Positions 1-10,069 of a DNA stretch of 64,000 nucleotides are shown here, one piece after another. The position numbers and the translations under genes were made by a program. The notes beneath the pieces were generated by a model. That model was given only the letters and a program-made list of their open reading frames with translations. It did not search any database and was not told where the DNA came from. The stretch comes from Candidatus Bathyarchaeota archaeon (lineage in GTDB: Archaea; Thermoproteota; Bathyarchaeia; Bathyarchaeales; Bathycorpusculaceae). Within the stretch, counting starts at the first letter, position 1; every line of letters starts with the position of its first letter. The stretch is from positions 64,001 through 128,000 of the forward strand of contig CAVTBV010000001.1 in NCBI GenBank assembly GCA_963733095.1. The letters run 5' to 3'.

Positions 1-70
1 TCGACTGTTTTCATTGTTTTTTAGGATAGTTGTGTTCTAAAACCATTTTTTTGTAGTGTATCCTTTATCT

Positions 71-84
71 GTTCCACACGAAAT
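71..84 (+). promoter_or_regulatory. mini-ORB-like Orc1/Cdc6 binding box
   Basis: GTTCCACACGAAAT fits the YTNCANNNGAAAW mini-ORB pattern and ends about 40 bp upstream of cdc6. Confidence 0.5.
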
Positions 85-123
85 AACGGTATATCCTCTG
101 AAGAAAGAGGGATGGCAAGGTAA

Positions 124-1365
124 ATGGGGAATTCAAGCGTACTAGATGATGTATTCGAAAACTTCGTAAAAGGGGCAAAACTGTTCAAAGACCGAGAGGT
201 CCTAAGGCACGATTATCTTCCCGATAAACTGCCTCACCGAGAAGACCAGATTCGACTGTTAGGTTCAACTGTTGCTCCAGTTCTAAGAGATTCAAGATGT
301 TCTAACATTTTCATCTATGGCAAAACAGGTACAGGAAAAACAGCGGTAACAAAGTATGTTTTAAGTCACCTTGAGTCCAAAGCAAAGGAGTATGGTGCAA
401 AGGTAAAATTCTGCTACATAAATTGCCGAATGACCGGTTCAGAATACAGGGTTTTTGCAAGTCTAAGTCAAAGTGTTGGTTTATCGATTCCTTTTACTGG
501 TTTGTCGGTGGGAGAAGTTTTTGATAGATTCCGTTCAGGACTAGATTCTTCGAGAGTAATTTTCATAATTGTCTTAGACGAAGTGGACGCTTTGATTAAA
601 GAGCACGGCGACGCTTTTATGTATGAGTTAACCCGGATAAACGAAACATTAACCAGGAGTAAGGTTGCCCTAATCGGAATATCCAACGACCTGCGCCTCA
701 AGGAATTTTTAGATCCAAGAGTGTTCAGTTCCCTTAGCGAAGAAGAACTAGTCTTTAGGCCATACGACGCAGGAGAGTTGCGCAACATTCTGTTGGAGCG
801 TTCAAAATTATCCTTCCAAGATGGTGTTCTATCTGATTCTGCTTTGAGCATCTGCTCGGCTTTAGCAGCTGCGGAACATGGTGATGCTAGACGGGCTTTA
901 GACCTTCTACGCGTTGCTGGAGAGGTGGCTGAGCGCTCAGGGTCTAAAACGATTAATGAAGAACATGTGCGACAGGCTGAGAAGCATATAGAGCACAACC
1001 GTGTTGTAGACGCTCTCAACAACTTGACTTTGCATTCAAAATTGGTGTTGTTAAGCGTTTACCATCTAAACAAGTCAAGCGCTACAACCGGCGAAATTTA
1101 CGATATCTATAATGAGTTGTGCGGTGAAATGGGCGCGGGGCTCCTTACTCAGCGTCGTTTGGGTACGTTGGTTAATGAGCTTGATTCGATGGGTCTAGTG
1201 AACGCAAAAGTTGTAAGTATGGGACGGTACGGCAGAACCAAAAAGATTAGGTTGGAAATTTCACGCAGTTTGATTCGTGACGTGTTTGGCGGGGACAACC
1301 GTTTTAGCCGTTTGATTGAGTATTCACCCCAAGCTTCCCATAAGAGTTCAGGCGGCAGCGCCTAA
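124..1365 (+). CDS. cdc6: Orc1/Cdc6 replication initiator
   Basis: YLPDKLPHREDQI, Walker A GKTGTGKT, Walker B IVLDEVD, HGDARRALDLLR, C-terminal wH motif GRYGRTK. Confidence 0.97.
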   Translation: MGNSSVLDDVFENFVKGAKLFKDREVLRHDYLPDKLPHREDQIRLLGSTVAPVLRDSRCSNIFIYGKTGTGKTAVTKYVLSHLESKAKEYGAKVKFCYINCRMTGSEYRVFASLSQSVGLSIPFTGLSVGEVFDRFRSGLDSSRVIFIIVLDEVDALIKEHGDAFMYELTRINETLTRSKVALIGISNDLRLKEFLDPRVFSSLSEEELVFRPYDAGELRNILLERSKLSFQDGVLSDSALSICSALAAAEHGDARRALDLLRVAGEVAERSGSKTINEEHVRQAEKHIEHNRVVDALNNLTLHSKLVLLSVYHLNKSSATTGEIYDIYNELCGEMGAGLLTQRRLGTLVNELDSMGLVNAKVVSMGRYGRTKKIRLEISRSLIRDVFGGDNRFSRLIEYSPQASHKSSGGSA

Positions 1366-1366
1366 C

Positions 1367-2956
1367 TTAGATAAACGATAGAACGGTGGTATGCAGGGTT
1401 TGAAGGTTCACCACAGGAACTTTTCCCGGTGTAGGAACCAATCCTAATTTTTCCATGTAATCAGTTTGCTCCTGCCAACCGCCCGAATTAACTACCAACA
1501 CCCCGCGGTAATTGCAGTAACCGATAACATGTATGTGGCCCGCATGGAAAATATCGGGTACTTTGTCAACGACTAGGTAGTCTCTGTCTTCTGGGGACAG
1601 CATGGTTTTTCCGCCGTAGACCGGCGCTAAATGGCGGCTCTGCATGAGTAGTCGCATGGCTTTTTCTGGGTGCGCATGGTCCATTCCTGGAATCACAGAG
1701 ATTATGTCGTCAAGGCTTCGACCATGATACATAAGGATGTCGACGCCATGAAGGCTTAGGAGGCAGGGGCTGCCTACTGAATGGATATTCTTTTTACCCT
1801 TAATTGCCGTCAAGTAACCTTCCGGTATTGCAGGCTGAGGCAAGGATTTGCGTGAAGCATCGTGGTTGCCCGGCGAGAGGAAAATTTCGATGTAATCAGG
1901 AATTTTTTCAAGATACTTGGCTGCAAAGTTATACTGTTTGTGCACGTCGCGTATTGTAAGTTCGGTTTGTTGGTTGGGGTAGATTCCGACGCCGTCAACG
2001 ATGTCTCCCGCGACGAGGACGTACTTTACTCGGCTTGCAATTTCTTTCATCTCAGGCGTTCCATATTTTCCTTTGAGCCAGAGTATGAATCGTTTGAAGG
2101 CTTCTTTGTTGAATTTGGTGCTGCCAATATGTATATCGGAGGTTAAGACTGCGTAGACTGCTTCTTGAGCTCTCATTGGCTGCTTTCTGCCTACTTCGGG
2201 GAAGATTATGTCTTCCGCCATAAGCAGGTCCCCTTTTGTTTTGATAACGGCTGCACAGAATACTTGGTCAGGAAGAAGCATGAGTGCTTTCTTTTTGACT
2301 TCTTCAGGTGCCTTCTGCGGGATAAGTATGGTTGCACTTCCATTGAGGTCTTCAACCGAGAGTATGGTGTTGTTTTTTGAATCGCGCTTCTCGGTTAACA
2401 TGCAGATTATTTTTAGTTTGGTTTTGGGAGGTGACTTGAGGGCTTCTTGGATTGGAGTCGCAGCTTTTACATCCATCCTCTGCCTTAGTAAACGTTCGAT
2501 GCGTTTGAATCGATCTTGAAAGTACCGTAAATACTCTTCGAGGGTTCCATTCGAGGTTAGCTTTCCTGTTGCGTCATCGAGGATTTTGATGTCTGCAAGT
2601 ATCTCTTTGGCGTAAGGGTAGAATTCAAAGTCATCAAAATTATTCTCCGTTGCTGGTGGCTCTTCAATAATGGTTGGCGCTGTCTTCTGAACCTGTTGGG
2701 TCTCCTCCACAGGTACTTCTTGAACGGGAACTGTTGCCTGTGTAGGTTGCTGCATCAAAGCCTCCAAAAACTCTCTCTCGATAAACATCGGCTTGTCCTG
2801 CAGTGCTTCTATTCTTTGAAGTGCTAAATTCATCATGCCGACTGGGTCGTTTGTTTCAGCATTCTGGGTCAAGAACTCGAAAGCTTCGCTGTTAAGTTGG
2901 TAGCCTGCAGCTATTATTGCTTGAATTGCTATTTGGAGTCTTTCTTGTGTGCTCAT
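1367..2956 (-). CDS. polD1: DNA polymerase D small subunit DP1 (proofreading exonuclease)
   Basis: OB-fold region plus calcineurin-like motifs SDIHIGS, GDIVDG, GNHD, HGRS, HAGHIH, and C-terminal NSGGWQEQT. Confidence 0.95.
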   Translation of the reverse strand: MSTQERLQIAIQAIIAAGYQLNSEAFEFLTQNAETNDPVGMMNLALQRIEALQDKPMFIEREFLEALMQQPTQATVPVQEVPVEETQQVQKTAPTIIEEPPATENNFDDFEFYPYAKEILADIKILDDATGKLTSNGTLEEYLRYFQDRFKRIERLLRQRMDVKAATPIQEALKSPPKTKLKIICMLTEKRDSKNNTILSVEDLNGSATILIPQKAPEEVKKKALMLLPDQVFCAAVIKTKGDLLMAEDIIFPEVGRKQPMRAQEAVYAVLTSDIHIGSTKFNKEAFKRFILWLKGKYGTPEMKEIASRVKYVLVAGDIVDGVGIYPNQQTELTIRDVHKQYNFAAKYLEKIPDYIEIFLSPGNHDASRKSLPQPAIPEGYLTAIKGKKNIHSVGSPCLLSLHGVDILMYHGRSLDDIISVIPGMDHAHPEKAMRLLMQSRHLAPVYGGKTMLSPEDRDYLVVDKVPDIFHAGHIHVIGYCNYRGVLVVNSGGWQEQTDYMEKLGLVPTPGKVPVVNLQTLHTTVLSFI

Positions 2957-3190
2957 CGAGGTCTTGCCTGACCCATAGTCTGTGGCGGGTTTTATGTTAG
3001 GCAGTTATGTACTTGAGTTATTTACTGTTTTTTGTTTGCCGACCTTTTTCTGATTTTGAACTGTTAAGGAAAAATTTTATTGGATCATGGGCGGCTTGAT
3101 TGTATTTTTTAAATATAGTTATGAAGAATCAACTCAATTTAAATAACCAGACTGTAGTTTAGATATGTTGTATCTTTCGAGGGAAAGACA

Positions 3191-4165
3191 TTGGGTGAAT
3201 CACGTAAAATTCAGCAAACACCAACAGGAACATTCTTTGTTTGTTTACCAAGAGACTGGGCAAACGAATCTGGCCTAAAGAAGGGTGTTGAGGTAAACTT
3301 GGAAATCACCAACGACGGTAAACTTCTTATTGACCCGAAAAACGCAGGTGAACCCGATCCGAAAGTTGCAACATTAGGAGTTGGTCCCTATCTGGGGCGT
3401 GAAATCGTTGGCAGATACCTCTTGGGTTTTGACACTATTAACATTGAGGCAAAAGACCGCATCGATGCGAACGCTCGCAAAACAGTTAAGTCAACGGCGA
3501 GTTCTTTGGCCGGCTTGGAAATTGTTGAAGAGACCATCTGCAAAATTTCATTACAGAGCATTTCGCAGCAACCGTTCGGGTTTTTGCCACAAAAAATTCT
3601 GCAGCGTAATCATGGTCTTGTGGCAGGGATGATTCGGGACGTTTCGAACTCCTTCATCAACAGTGATATAGAGTTAGCTAAGAGCGTTGTTTCGCGCGAT
3701 AACGAAAGTAATAGACTTTATTTTTTGCTTGTAAGAACTCTTCGCACGATTATCCAAAATCCACGTTTAAGCGATAAACTGGGAATTACTCCGATAGAAT
3801 GTTTGGACTACCGTTTAGCCGCAAACCTAATCGAAGGTATCGGTGACTCCTGCGTTCAATTTGCTCCAAACACTATAGCGCTCAACGGAGTCAAATTGTC
3901 TGGGGAACTGAGAAAACTGCTGTTTGAACTACAATCCGTGTGTTCCGATGCTAATGAACAAGCTCTCAAATCTTTCTTAAAAAAGGACATCACGTTAGCA
4001 GAGAATGTTCGGAATCTAAGTGATAAAATCGAATCAATCTGCTTAAGCATTGAACGTATTGCGAAGGATTCGTCTGTGGATTTGATGCCGCAAACTTTGT
4101 CAGTGGTTGCATTTCTCAGACAGACATACGAACGTAGCGTAGACATGGCCGATTTAGTCGTCTAA
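3191..4165 (+). CDS. AbrB-PhoU family phosphate-uptake-type regulator
   Basis: N-terminal RKIQQTPTGTFFVCLPRDW (AbrB-like) followed by two helical PhoU-like repeats (RLYFLLVR, IEGIGD). Confidence 0.85.
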   Translation: MGESRKIQQTPTGTFFVCLPRDWANESGLKKGVEVNLEITNDGKLLIDPKNAGEPDPKVATLGVGPYLGREIVGRYLLGFDTINIEAKDRIDANARKTVKSTASSLAGLEIVEETICKISLQSISQQPFGFLPQKILQRNHGLVAGMIRDVSNSFINSDIELAKSVVSRDNESNRLYFLLVRTLRTIIQNPRLSDKLGITPIECLDYRLAANLIEGIGDSCVQFAPNTIALNGVKLSGELRKLLFELQSVCSDANEQALKSFLKKDITLAENVRNLSDKIESICLSIERIAKDSSVDLMPQTLSVVAFLRQTYERSVDMADLVV

Positions 4166-4245
4166 CCCTGTTTCCTCTATTTTTCAACATAGTATTGACT
4201 GCTGAAAACGTCAATATAGCCATACCCCCTTTTAGGGCTTTTGTA

Positions 4246-4299
4246 CCCTCTATCGTTTCTGCATAGAAGCACTATTTAGGATCCTAATAGGTTGGTAAA
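4246..4299 (+). repeat. dispersed intergenic repeat, copy A
   Basis: CCCTCTATCGTTTCTGCA identical to 60586-60603, followed by the palindromic core TTAGGATCCTAA. Confidence 0.85.
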
Positions 4300-4340
4300 G
4301 GGTTAAATTTCCAGTTCACATTTCACAACAGGGAAATCAA

Positions 4341-4964
4341 ATGTCAACTGTTACCGATAGAGTGGCTGATGCTCTTTACTTGTCTGGATGCTTGAAGTTT
4401 GGCAGTTTTAAAATCAAGTCGGGAGCAACAAGCCCCTATTACATTGACCTTGCGCGTGTGCTATCCGCTCCCCAGCAGTTGTGTACAATCGCTGAGGCTG
4501 CCTCCGAAAAAATCAAGCAAATAATGGATACTGACCAAATATCCAAGCTCGCTTCCATCGAGCTTAAAGGTGCATTGATTGTTCCAAGCATCGCATGCAA
4601 CCTAAACCTGCCCTGTGTTATTGTTCGAAAAGAAGACAAAGCCTACGGCGTCACTGGAAGAATCGCTGGTGCAAACGTAAGCAAAGGCGATAACATCCTT
4701 TTCTTTGACGACGTCATAAGTGAAGGTCTATCCAAAGTTGAAGGCATAAAACCCCTCCAAGAATTAGGAGCCAACGTTAAGCATTTACTCGTCGTTGTAA
4801 ACCGGGAACATGGCGGCAAAGAGAAACTAGAAAAACTCGGCTATCAAGTCCACGCTTTAGCAAAAATCTCAGATATTGTGAGTTCACTGTATATCGGAAA
4901 ACATGTTTCTAAGGAGCAGGCTGAAAATGTTTTGGATTACGTAAAACACTTTAAGCTTCCTTAG
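4341..4964 (+). CDS. pyrE: orotate phosphoribosyltransferase
   Basis: FGSFKIKSGATSPYYID, RKEDKAYG, PRPP-binding FFDDVISEG. Confidence 0.9.
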   Translation: MSTVTDRVADALYLSGCLKFGSFKIKSGATSPYYIDLARVLSAPQQLCTIAEAASEKIKQIMDTDQISKLASIELKGALIVPSIACNLNLPCVIVRKEDKAYGVTGRIAGANVSKGDNILFFDDVISEGLSKVEGIKPLQELGANVKHLLVVVNREHGGKEKLEKLGYQVHALAKISDIVSSLYIGKHVSKEQAENVLDYVKHFKLP

Positions 4965-5184
4965 TATAATGTGACACAATTTTTTCAGCTATATCACTAG
5001 AAATACCGCTGTTTAAGAGTGCCTTCCGTAGGTATTCGGGGTTATCTGTCTCCACTTTTATCACAAAATTTCTTCGGTCAGTCGCAAATGAAGTTAACCA
5101 AAACCCAAAATAGCCAAACCAACCATACCCCTATATTTATTGGCTGCCAATTCACAACAATATATTACCAAAGGAGATATCGGT

Positions 5185-6192
5185 ATGCAAGCTCAAAAGC
5201 AAGTGGTGGACGCGCTGCTCTCGTCAGATGCGTATCCGCAAGAGACAGGCAAAATTGAACTTATCCAAACTCACATATCCTTTGTTTTCTTAACTAAAAA
5301 TTATGTTTACAAGGTAAAAAAAGCCGTTAACTTCGGATTCTTAGATTTTTCCACTCTTGAAAAAAGGCATGTTTTCTGCGAAAAAGAGTTACAACTCAAT
5401 AGACGGCTCTGTCCAGAAATATACCTTGAAGTTGTTCCCATCAACAAATCAAACAGCATCAAGATAAATGGCGCCGGCGAAACCATCGAGTACGCCCTAA
5501 AAATGAAGAGGCTGCCCCAAGAAAGAATCATGACCCTGCTTCTCAAGGAAAATAAAGTTGACAAAAAAACAATCGACGATATAGCTGGGATAGTTGCTGA
5601 TTTCCACTCAAAGGCGCAGAATAGCCCCGAAATAAGCGAGTTCGGTTCTCTAAAAATAGTGAAGACCAACTGGGACGAAAACTTTGCCCAAACCACAAAA
5701 TACATCAACCAAACGATTTCCCAAACAGAATTTCAATTCATCCAAAATAAAATCGACACCTTCATGGAAAAAAACAAGTCACTTTTTGAACGCAGAATAA
5801 CCGATAAACGTATTCGAGACTGTCATGGTGACCTTCACTCGGGTAACATCTTCATTACCGGTAGAATCTGTATCTTCGATGCTATAGAATTTAACGACCG
5901 TTTCCGCTATTCCGATGTTGCAGCAGACGTTGCCTTCTTAGCCATGGATTTGGATTTCCAGCAGCGCTCCGACCTTGCCGACTACTTCATAGAACGATAT
6001 ATTGGATACTCTAAAGACCTACAACTGACTCAACTGCTTCCTTTCTACAAGTGCTACCGGGCATATGTGCGCGGCAAAGTCGTAAGCTTCAGACTTGACG
6101 ATCCAAACATAAAAACTGAAGAAAAAGAGTGTGCAACCAAAGAAGCCCAAGCCTACTTCAAAATAGCTGCCGAATACGCCAAAAACCTCTGA
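5185..6192 (+). CDS. aminoglycoside phosphotransferase-like kinase (COG2187-type)
   Basis: QTHISFVFL, YKVKKAVNFGFLDFS, CHGDLHSGNI, FDAIEFNDRFR; start moved to ATG 5185 after AAGGAG. Confidence 0.85.
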   Translation: MQAQKQVVDALLSSDAYPQETGKIELIQTHISFVFLTKNYVYKVKKAVNFGFLDFSTLEKRHVFCEKELQLNRRLCPEIYLEVVPINKSNSIKINGAGETIEYALKMKRLPQERIMTLLLKENKVDKKTIDDIAGIVADFHSKAQNSPEISEFGSLKIVKTNWDENFAQTTKYINQTISQTEFQFIQNKIDTFMEKNKSLFERRITDKRIRDCHGDLHSGNIFITGRICIFDAIEFNDRFRYSDVAADVAFLAMDLDFQQRSDLADYFIERYIGYSKDLQLTQLLPFYKCYRAYVRGKVVSFRLDDPNIKTEEKECATKEAQAYFKIAAEYAKNL

Positions 6193-6199
6193 CGGCTTT

Positions 6200-7066
6200 T
6201 TATTTGAATTGGTTAGGTACCCAATCGGGAATCTGGACAGTGCCCATAAGGACTGGTTTTTGATGGCAGTCACTTCCCCCAGTCATGATGAGTCCCTGCT
6301 GCTTTGCGAACGCCACATAATGGTCGGTGGTTTGTGGGGTACTTCTTGAATGCCAGCATTCTACGCCGTCGATGTAGGGCAGCATTTCCTCTTTGATGAT
6401 TTCTGTTTGCTCAGCCAGAACCTTAGTCAAGCTAACCAGCGATGTGCCGTGAGGGTCGTTTGGGTGAGCCAGAACCAGTTCTCCGCCTGCGTCTCGGATA
6501 AGCTTTGAGGCTTCTGGCAGGTAAAGAGGAAACTTGGGTACGTCGCATTTTACAAGGTACTTGTCGAAGGCTTCCTGACGCGTTTTCACGATGCCTTTTT
6601 TGATAAGGTAGTCTGCGATGTGTGGTCGACCAAGGCTGCCGTCGACGGATTCTTCAATCTGTCTCAAATCCTCCCTGGTTAAGGGGGCAATGTTTTCTTT
6701 TTGGAATTCCGTGTTGAGGTTGTCGAGGATTTTAGCGGCGCGTTGGGTGCGGTAGTTTGCCATTGTCTGCGACTTGTCCAGCAGTGTCTTGTTGTCTTGG
6801 TCGTATTGGTATCCTAAAAAATCTAGTGAAACTGCTTTCCCATTCAAGTATTTGGGGTTAGAAAAAGTTACGTTTAACTCAACTCCCGTAACGTATCTGA
6901 TGCCGACCGCCTTGGATTCTGCCAACGCCCAAGGTTGGCATTCTATTGAATCGTGGTCAGTAATTGCTAAAAAACTGATGTTTCTGTCTTTGGCTTCCCT
7001 AAAAATTTCGGGGATGGATAGTTTTCCGTCGGAGCTCTTCGAGTGGATGTGTAGATCAATCTTCAT
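6200..7066 (-). CDS. PHP-domain metal-dependent phosphoesterase
   Basis: DLHIHSKSSDG, ITDHD, GVE, GRPHIA, AHP, GGSDCH. Confidence 0.92.
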   Translation of the reverse strand: MKIDLHIHSKSSDGKLSIPEIFREAKDRNISFLAITDHDSIECQPWALAESKAVGIRYVTGVELNVTFSNPKYLNGKAVSLDFLGYQYDQDNKTLLDKSQTMANYRTQRAAKILDNLNTEFQKENIAPLTREDLRQIEESVDGSLGRPHIADYLIKKGIVKTRQEAFDKYLVKCDVPKFPLYLPEASKLIRDAGGELVLAHPNDPHGTSLVSLTKVLAEQTEIIKEEMLPYIDGVECWHSRSTPQTTDHYVAFAKQQGLIMTGGSDCHQKPVLMGTVQIPDWVPNQFK

Positions 7067-7076
7067 TTGGGCGTCG

Positions 7077-7748
7077 TTACCTTTTGTCCATTCCTACAAC
7101 AAACCAGAGGTCCTTTTCGTCGTGGCACGTATCGACCGTTAAATGGGTGACTTTTAACGTTGAATATTTCTTTTTGAGGTCGTCTAGGTCGATTGATTCA
7201 AACTTGTTCTTGTTGGCAAGATACGCTTCCTCGGTTAAAGCGTTTGACTCGTACTTTTCTTTGGTTCGCCTCTTAATCCTATTCAAGGAAACCTCTTGGG
7301 GACAGCTAGTCTGCATAATTACGAAAGTCATGTTGTTCTTTGCAGCTATCGCTGCGGCGCGACTGCGAAGCTCATGGGTAACAAAAGTAGCATCCAAAAT
7401 TAGACCACCTTTACCTTTGGCTGCCATTTCGTCAGCACGCCGGAACAATTCATCGTAGACTGATAGTCGCTTGTTCATGTTTCCAGCGATTTTTGCATCA
7501 AAAATATCTTCGTTCTTGAGGACTTCGAGCCTTATTATGTCGCTTCGGAGGATTGTGTATCCTTTGATTTTGGAGACTTCTTCTGAAGTTTCTGTTTTGT
7601 AGCTTGCAGGCAACCCGCATGTTATCAGCAAAGTTCTGGGTTCTAATTCTTTTTTGACAAACGAGGCAAAAGGTTCCTTCATTTTCATACTCTCACTTGT
7701 AGGTCTGGGTATTGGATAATTAAACTTTTTTGAACAAACATCTGACAC
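7077..7748 (-). CDS. P-loop kinase (AAA_33/COG0645-like) with degenerate Walker A
   Basis: GLPASYKTE, LRSDIIR, ILDATF; the true start may be further downstream (MKMKEP). Confidence 0.75.
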   Translation of the reverse strand: MSDVCSKKFNYPIPRPTSESMKMKEPFASFVKKELEPRTLLITCGLPASYKTETSEEVSKIKGYTILRSDIIRLEVLKNEDIFDAKIAGNMNKRLSVYDELFRRADEMAAKGKGGLILDATFVTHELRSRAAAIAAKNNMTFVIMQTSCPQEVSLNRIKRRTKEKYESNALTEEAYLANKNKFESIDLDDLKKKYSTLKVTHLTVDTCHDEKDLWFVVGMDKR

Positions 7749-7807
7749 TCAGATTTTCGAAGCAACTTCTAAATAGGTAGAATACACAATGTTCCTAAAA
7801 AGAAGGA

Positions 7808-9070
7808 ATGTTCATGGAAGACTTCCAAGTTAAAGATAAAAGTTTAGCACCTCAAGGTCATTTACAGATTGAATGGGCAGCAAAACACATGCCTGTCCTA
7901 AACATCATCAAAACCCGCTTCGAGAAGGAAAAACCACTCGAAGGACACACAATAGCCGCCTGCCTGCATGTAACCAAAGAAACTGCAGTACTCATCAAAG
8001 TACTCATTGCAGGAGGCGCCAAAGTCGCATTGTGCGGCTCAAACCCGCTCTCAACCCAAGATGATGTCGCTGCAGCCTTAGCCGACAGCGGTGTGCACGT
8101 TTTTGCCTGGAGAGGACAAAACACCGAGGACTACTACAAATGCATAGATAATGTCCTTGATTTCAAACCAACCATGACGATGGATGACGGCGCGGACGTT
8201 GTTGGTATGCTTCACAGTAAACGTCAAAATCAAATTAACGATGTCAAAGGTGGAACTGAAGAAACCTCTACCGGTGTTGTCCGCCTAAAAGCTATGGAAC
8301 AGGATGGTAGCCTCAAATACCCAATTATAGCCGTTAATGACGCATACACAAAGTATCTCTTTGACAACCGCTATGGAACGGGCCAAAGCACCATCGATGG
8401 TATTATGCGGGCAACCTCCGTTCTGCTTGCTGGCAAAAACTTTGTTGTCGGCGGATACGGTTGGTGCAGCAGAGGTATAGCTATGCGTGCACGAGGTTTA
8501 GGTGCCAATGTTATAGTGACAGAAGTTCAACCAATCCGTGCCCTGGAAGCAGTTATGGATGGTTACCGTGTCATGCCCATGGCTGAAGCAGCATCCATCG
8601 GTGATATTTTTGCCACAGCTACAGGTGACATAAGCGTTCTACGCAAAGAACACATGGAAAAGATGAAGGACGGCGCCATCATGTGCAACAGCGGTCACTT
8701 CAACGTAGAAATCAACATTCCCGACTTAGAATCACTCGCCAAAGCCAAACGTACGATGCGCCCAAACATGGAAGAATACACCTTGAAAGATGGTCGACAT
8801 CTTTACCTCCTCGCCGAAGGCAGACTAGTTAACCTTGCAGCTGCCGAAGGTCACCCGTCAGAAGTCATGGACATGTCTTTTGCTAACCAAGCCTTATGCT
8901 CAGAATACATTGCCAAGACAGCTAAGCTGCAAACTAAAGTCTACATTGTTCCAAAAGAAATAGATGAAAAAGTCGCTGAGCTGAAACTCAAGAGCATGGG
9001 TGTTGCCATCGATGAGCTTACCGCTGAACAGAAAAAGTACCTTTCAACTTGGGAAATGGGCACTACCTAA
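7808..9070 (+). CDS. ahcY: adenosylhomocysteinase
   Basis: [45 protein letters not shown]. Confidence 0.97.
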   Translation: MFMEDFQVKDKSLAPQGHLQIEWAAKHMPVLNIIKTRFEKEKPLEGHTIAACLHVTKETAVLIKVLIAGGAKVALCGSNPLSTQDDVAAALADSGVHVFAWRGQNTEDYYKCIDNVLDFKPTMTMDDGADVVGMLHSKRQNQINDVKGGTEETSTGVVRLKAMEQDGSLKYPIIAVNDAYTKYLFDNRYGTGQSTIDGIMRATSVLLAGKNFVVGGYGWCSRGIAMRARGLGANVIVTEVQPIRALEAVMDGYRVMPMAEAASIGDIFATATGDISVLRKEHMEKMKDGAIMCNSGHFNVEINIPDLESLAKAKRTMRPNMEEYTLKDGRHLYLLAEGRLVNLAAAEGHPSEVMDMSFANQALCSEYIAKTAKLQTKVYIVPKEIDEKVAELKLKSMGVAIDELTAEQKKYLSTWEMGTT

Positions 9071-9148
9071 TCAATCGAGCGATTGGAATACATGACAAAC
9101 TTTAAATTGACAAACCGAATACATGGCTATAAAGTGGTGAATCACTAA

Positions 9149-9511
9149 ATGGTTAGCAAAGATCAATCAATAGGTGGAGCAATACTTGCAGTCTGCGTTA
9201 TCGTCGCAATAGGTTACATTGTTACACTCTTCTATCCCTCATGGCTTGGTTATGTCGGAATACACAGTGCCACCAAAGACGTTCAGTTTTGGGTAATAGC
9301 TTTGCCAGTTTTCGTAGCCTTCGTAGCAATAATGTTCATAGGCGCCTGGATTGGCTGGACAATGGCAACAACCCCGCCTCCAAAACCAATCGAAGAAATC
9401 ACAACTGAAATCGAAGACAAAAAAGAAGAGCCAAAAGTAGAAGAATCGCAACCCGCGGCACCAGAACCAGCAGCCACCGAAGAAAAAACTGCAGCAAAGA
9501 AAAAGAAGTAA
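9149..9511 (+). CDS. two-TM small membrane protein (DPM2/PIG-P-like by eye)
   Basis: two hydrophobic helices, WIGWTMATTPPPKPIE motif, acidic/lysine-rich tail. Confidence 0.75.
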   Translation: MVSKDQSIGGAILAVCVIVAIGYIVTLFYPSWLGYVGIHSATKDVQFWVIALPVFVAFVAIMFIGAWIGWTMATTPPPKPIEEITTEIEDKKEEPKVEESQPAAPEPAATEEKTAAKKKK

Positions 9512-9615
9512 ATAACTTCAATCTTTTCTTGTTTTATTCTCCTTTTAAATTTTTTAATTATAGTTTTGCATTAAGAAACTTCCGTGAAAAAAGTTTTTGG
9601 TTAAAAAGCGATGGA

Positions 9616-9975
9616 TTAATCTCGCATCTTTCTTAACATGCATTCAACAATGTCTTTGCAGACAAGGCATTCGTCAGGAATCTGCTCTTTCGAAGATCGC
9701 TCACTTAAGTAACCTGGATGATACTGGCAACCTGATGACTTATCGACGTTCTTGCTTTTCTCTTTGGTTTCAACCTGATTTTCCTCAGGCTGGATTTTTT
9801 CTACCTTGATTACTTCGGCTTTGTTGATGGTTTTCTGAGATTCTTCGTTTATTTTTATCTTGGTTAAACAAAAGGGGCAGGCAAAATAGGGTTCAGTTGG
9901 GTTTTCTTGAAGGTTTAGAGTTTTAAGGGGAGCTGTAAAGCTTTTTCTGCAAGAAGGGTTTTGGCATGTTAACAC
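9616..9975 (-). CDS. hypothetical protein with two Cys/His metal-binding clusters
   Basis: CQNPSC...CPFC and CQYHPGYL...PDECLVC...EC. Confidence 0.7.
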   Translation of the reverse strand: MLTCQNPSCRKSFTAPLKTLNLQENPTEPYFACPFCLTKIKINEESQKTINKAEVIKVEKIQPEENQVETKEKSKNVDKSSGCQYHPGYLSERSSKEQIPDECLVCKDIVECMLRKMRD

Positions 9976-10069
9976 TTTATTTTTCCCCCATGTTTCTAGA
10001 GTTGCCTGTCTATCTTACTATGAGTGTTACTGCCTTATAGTGTTGATGTATCTAAAATAAGGATTGGTG

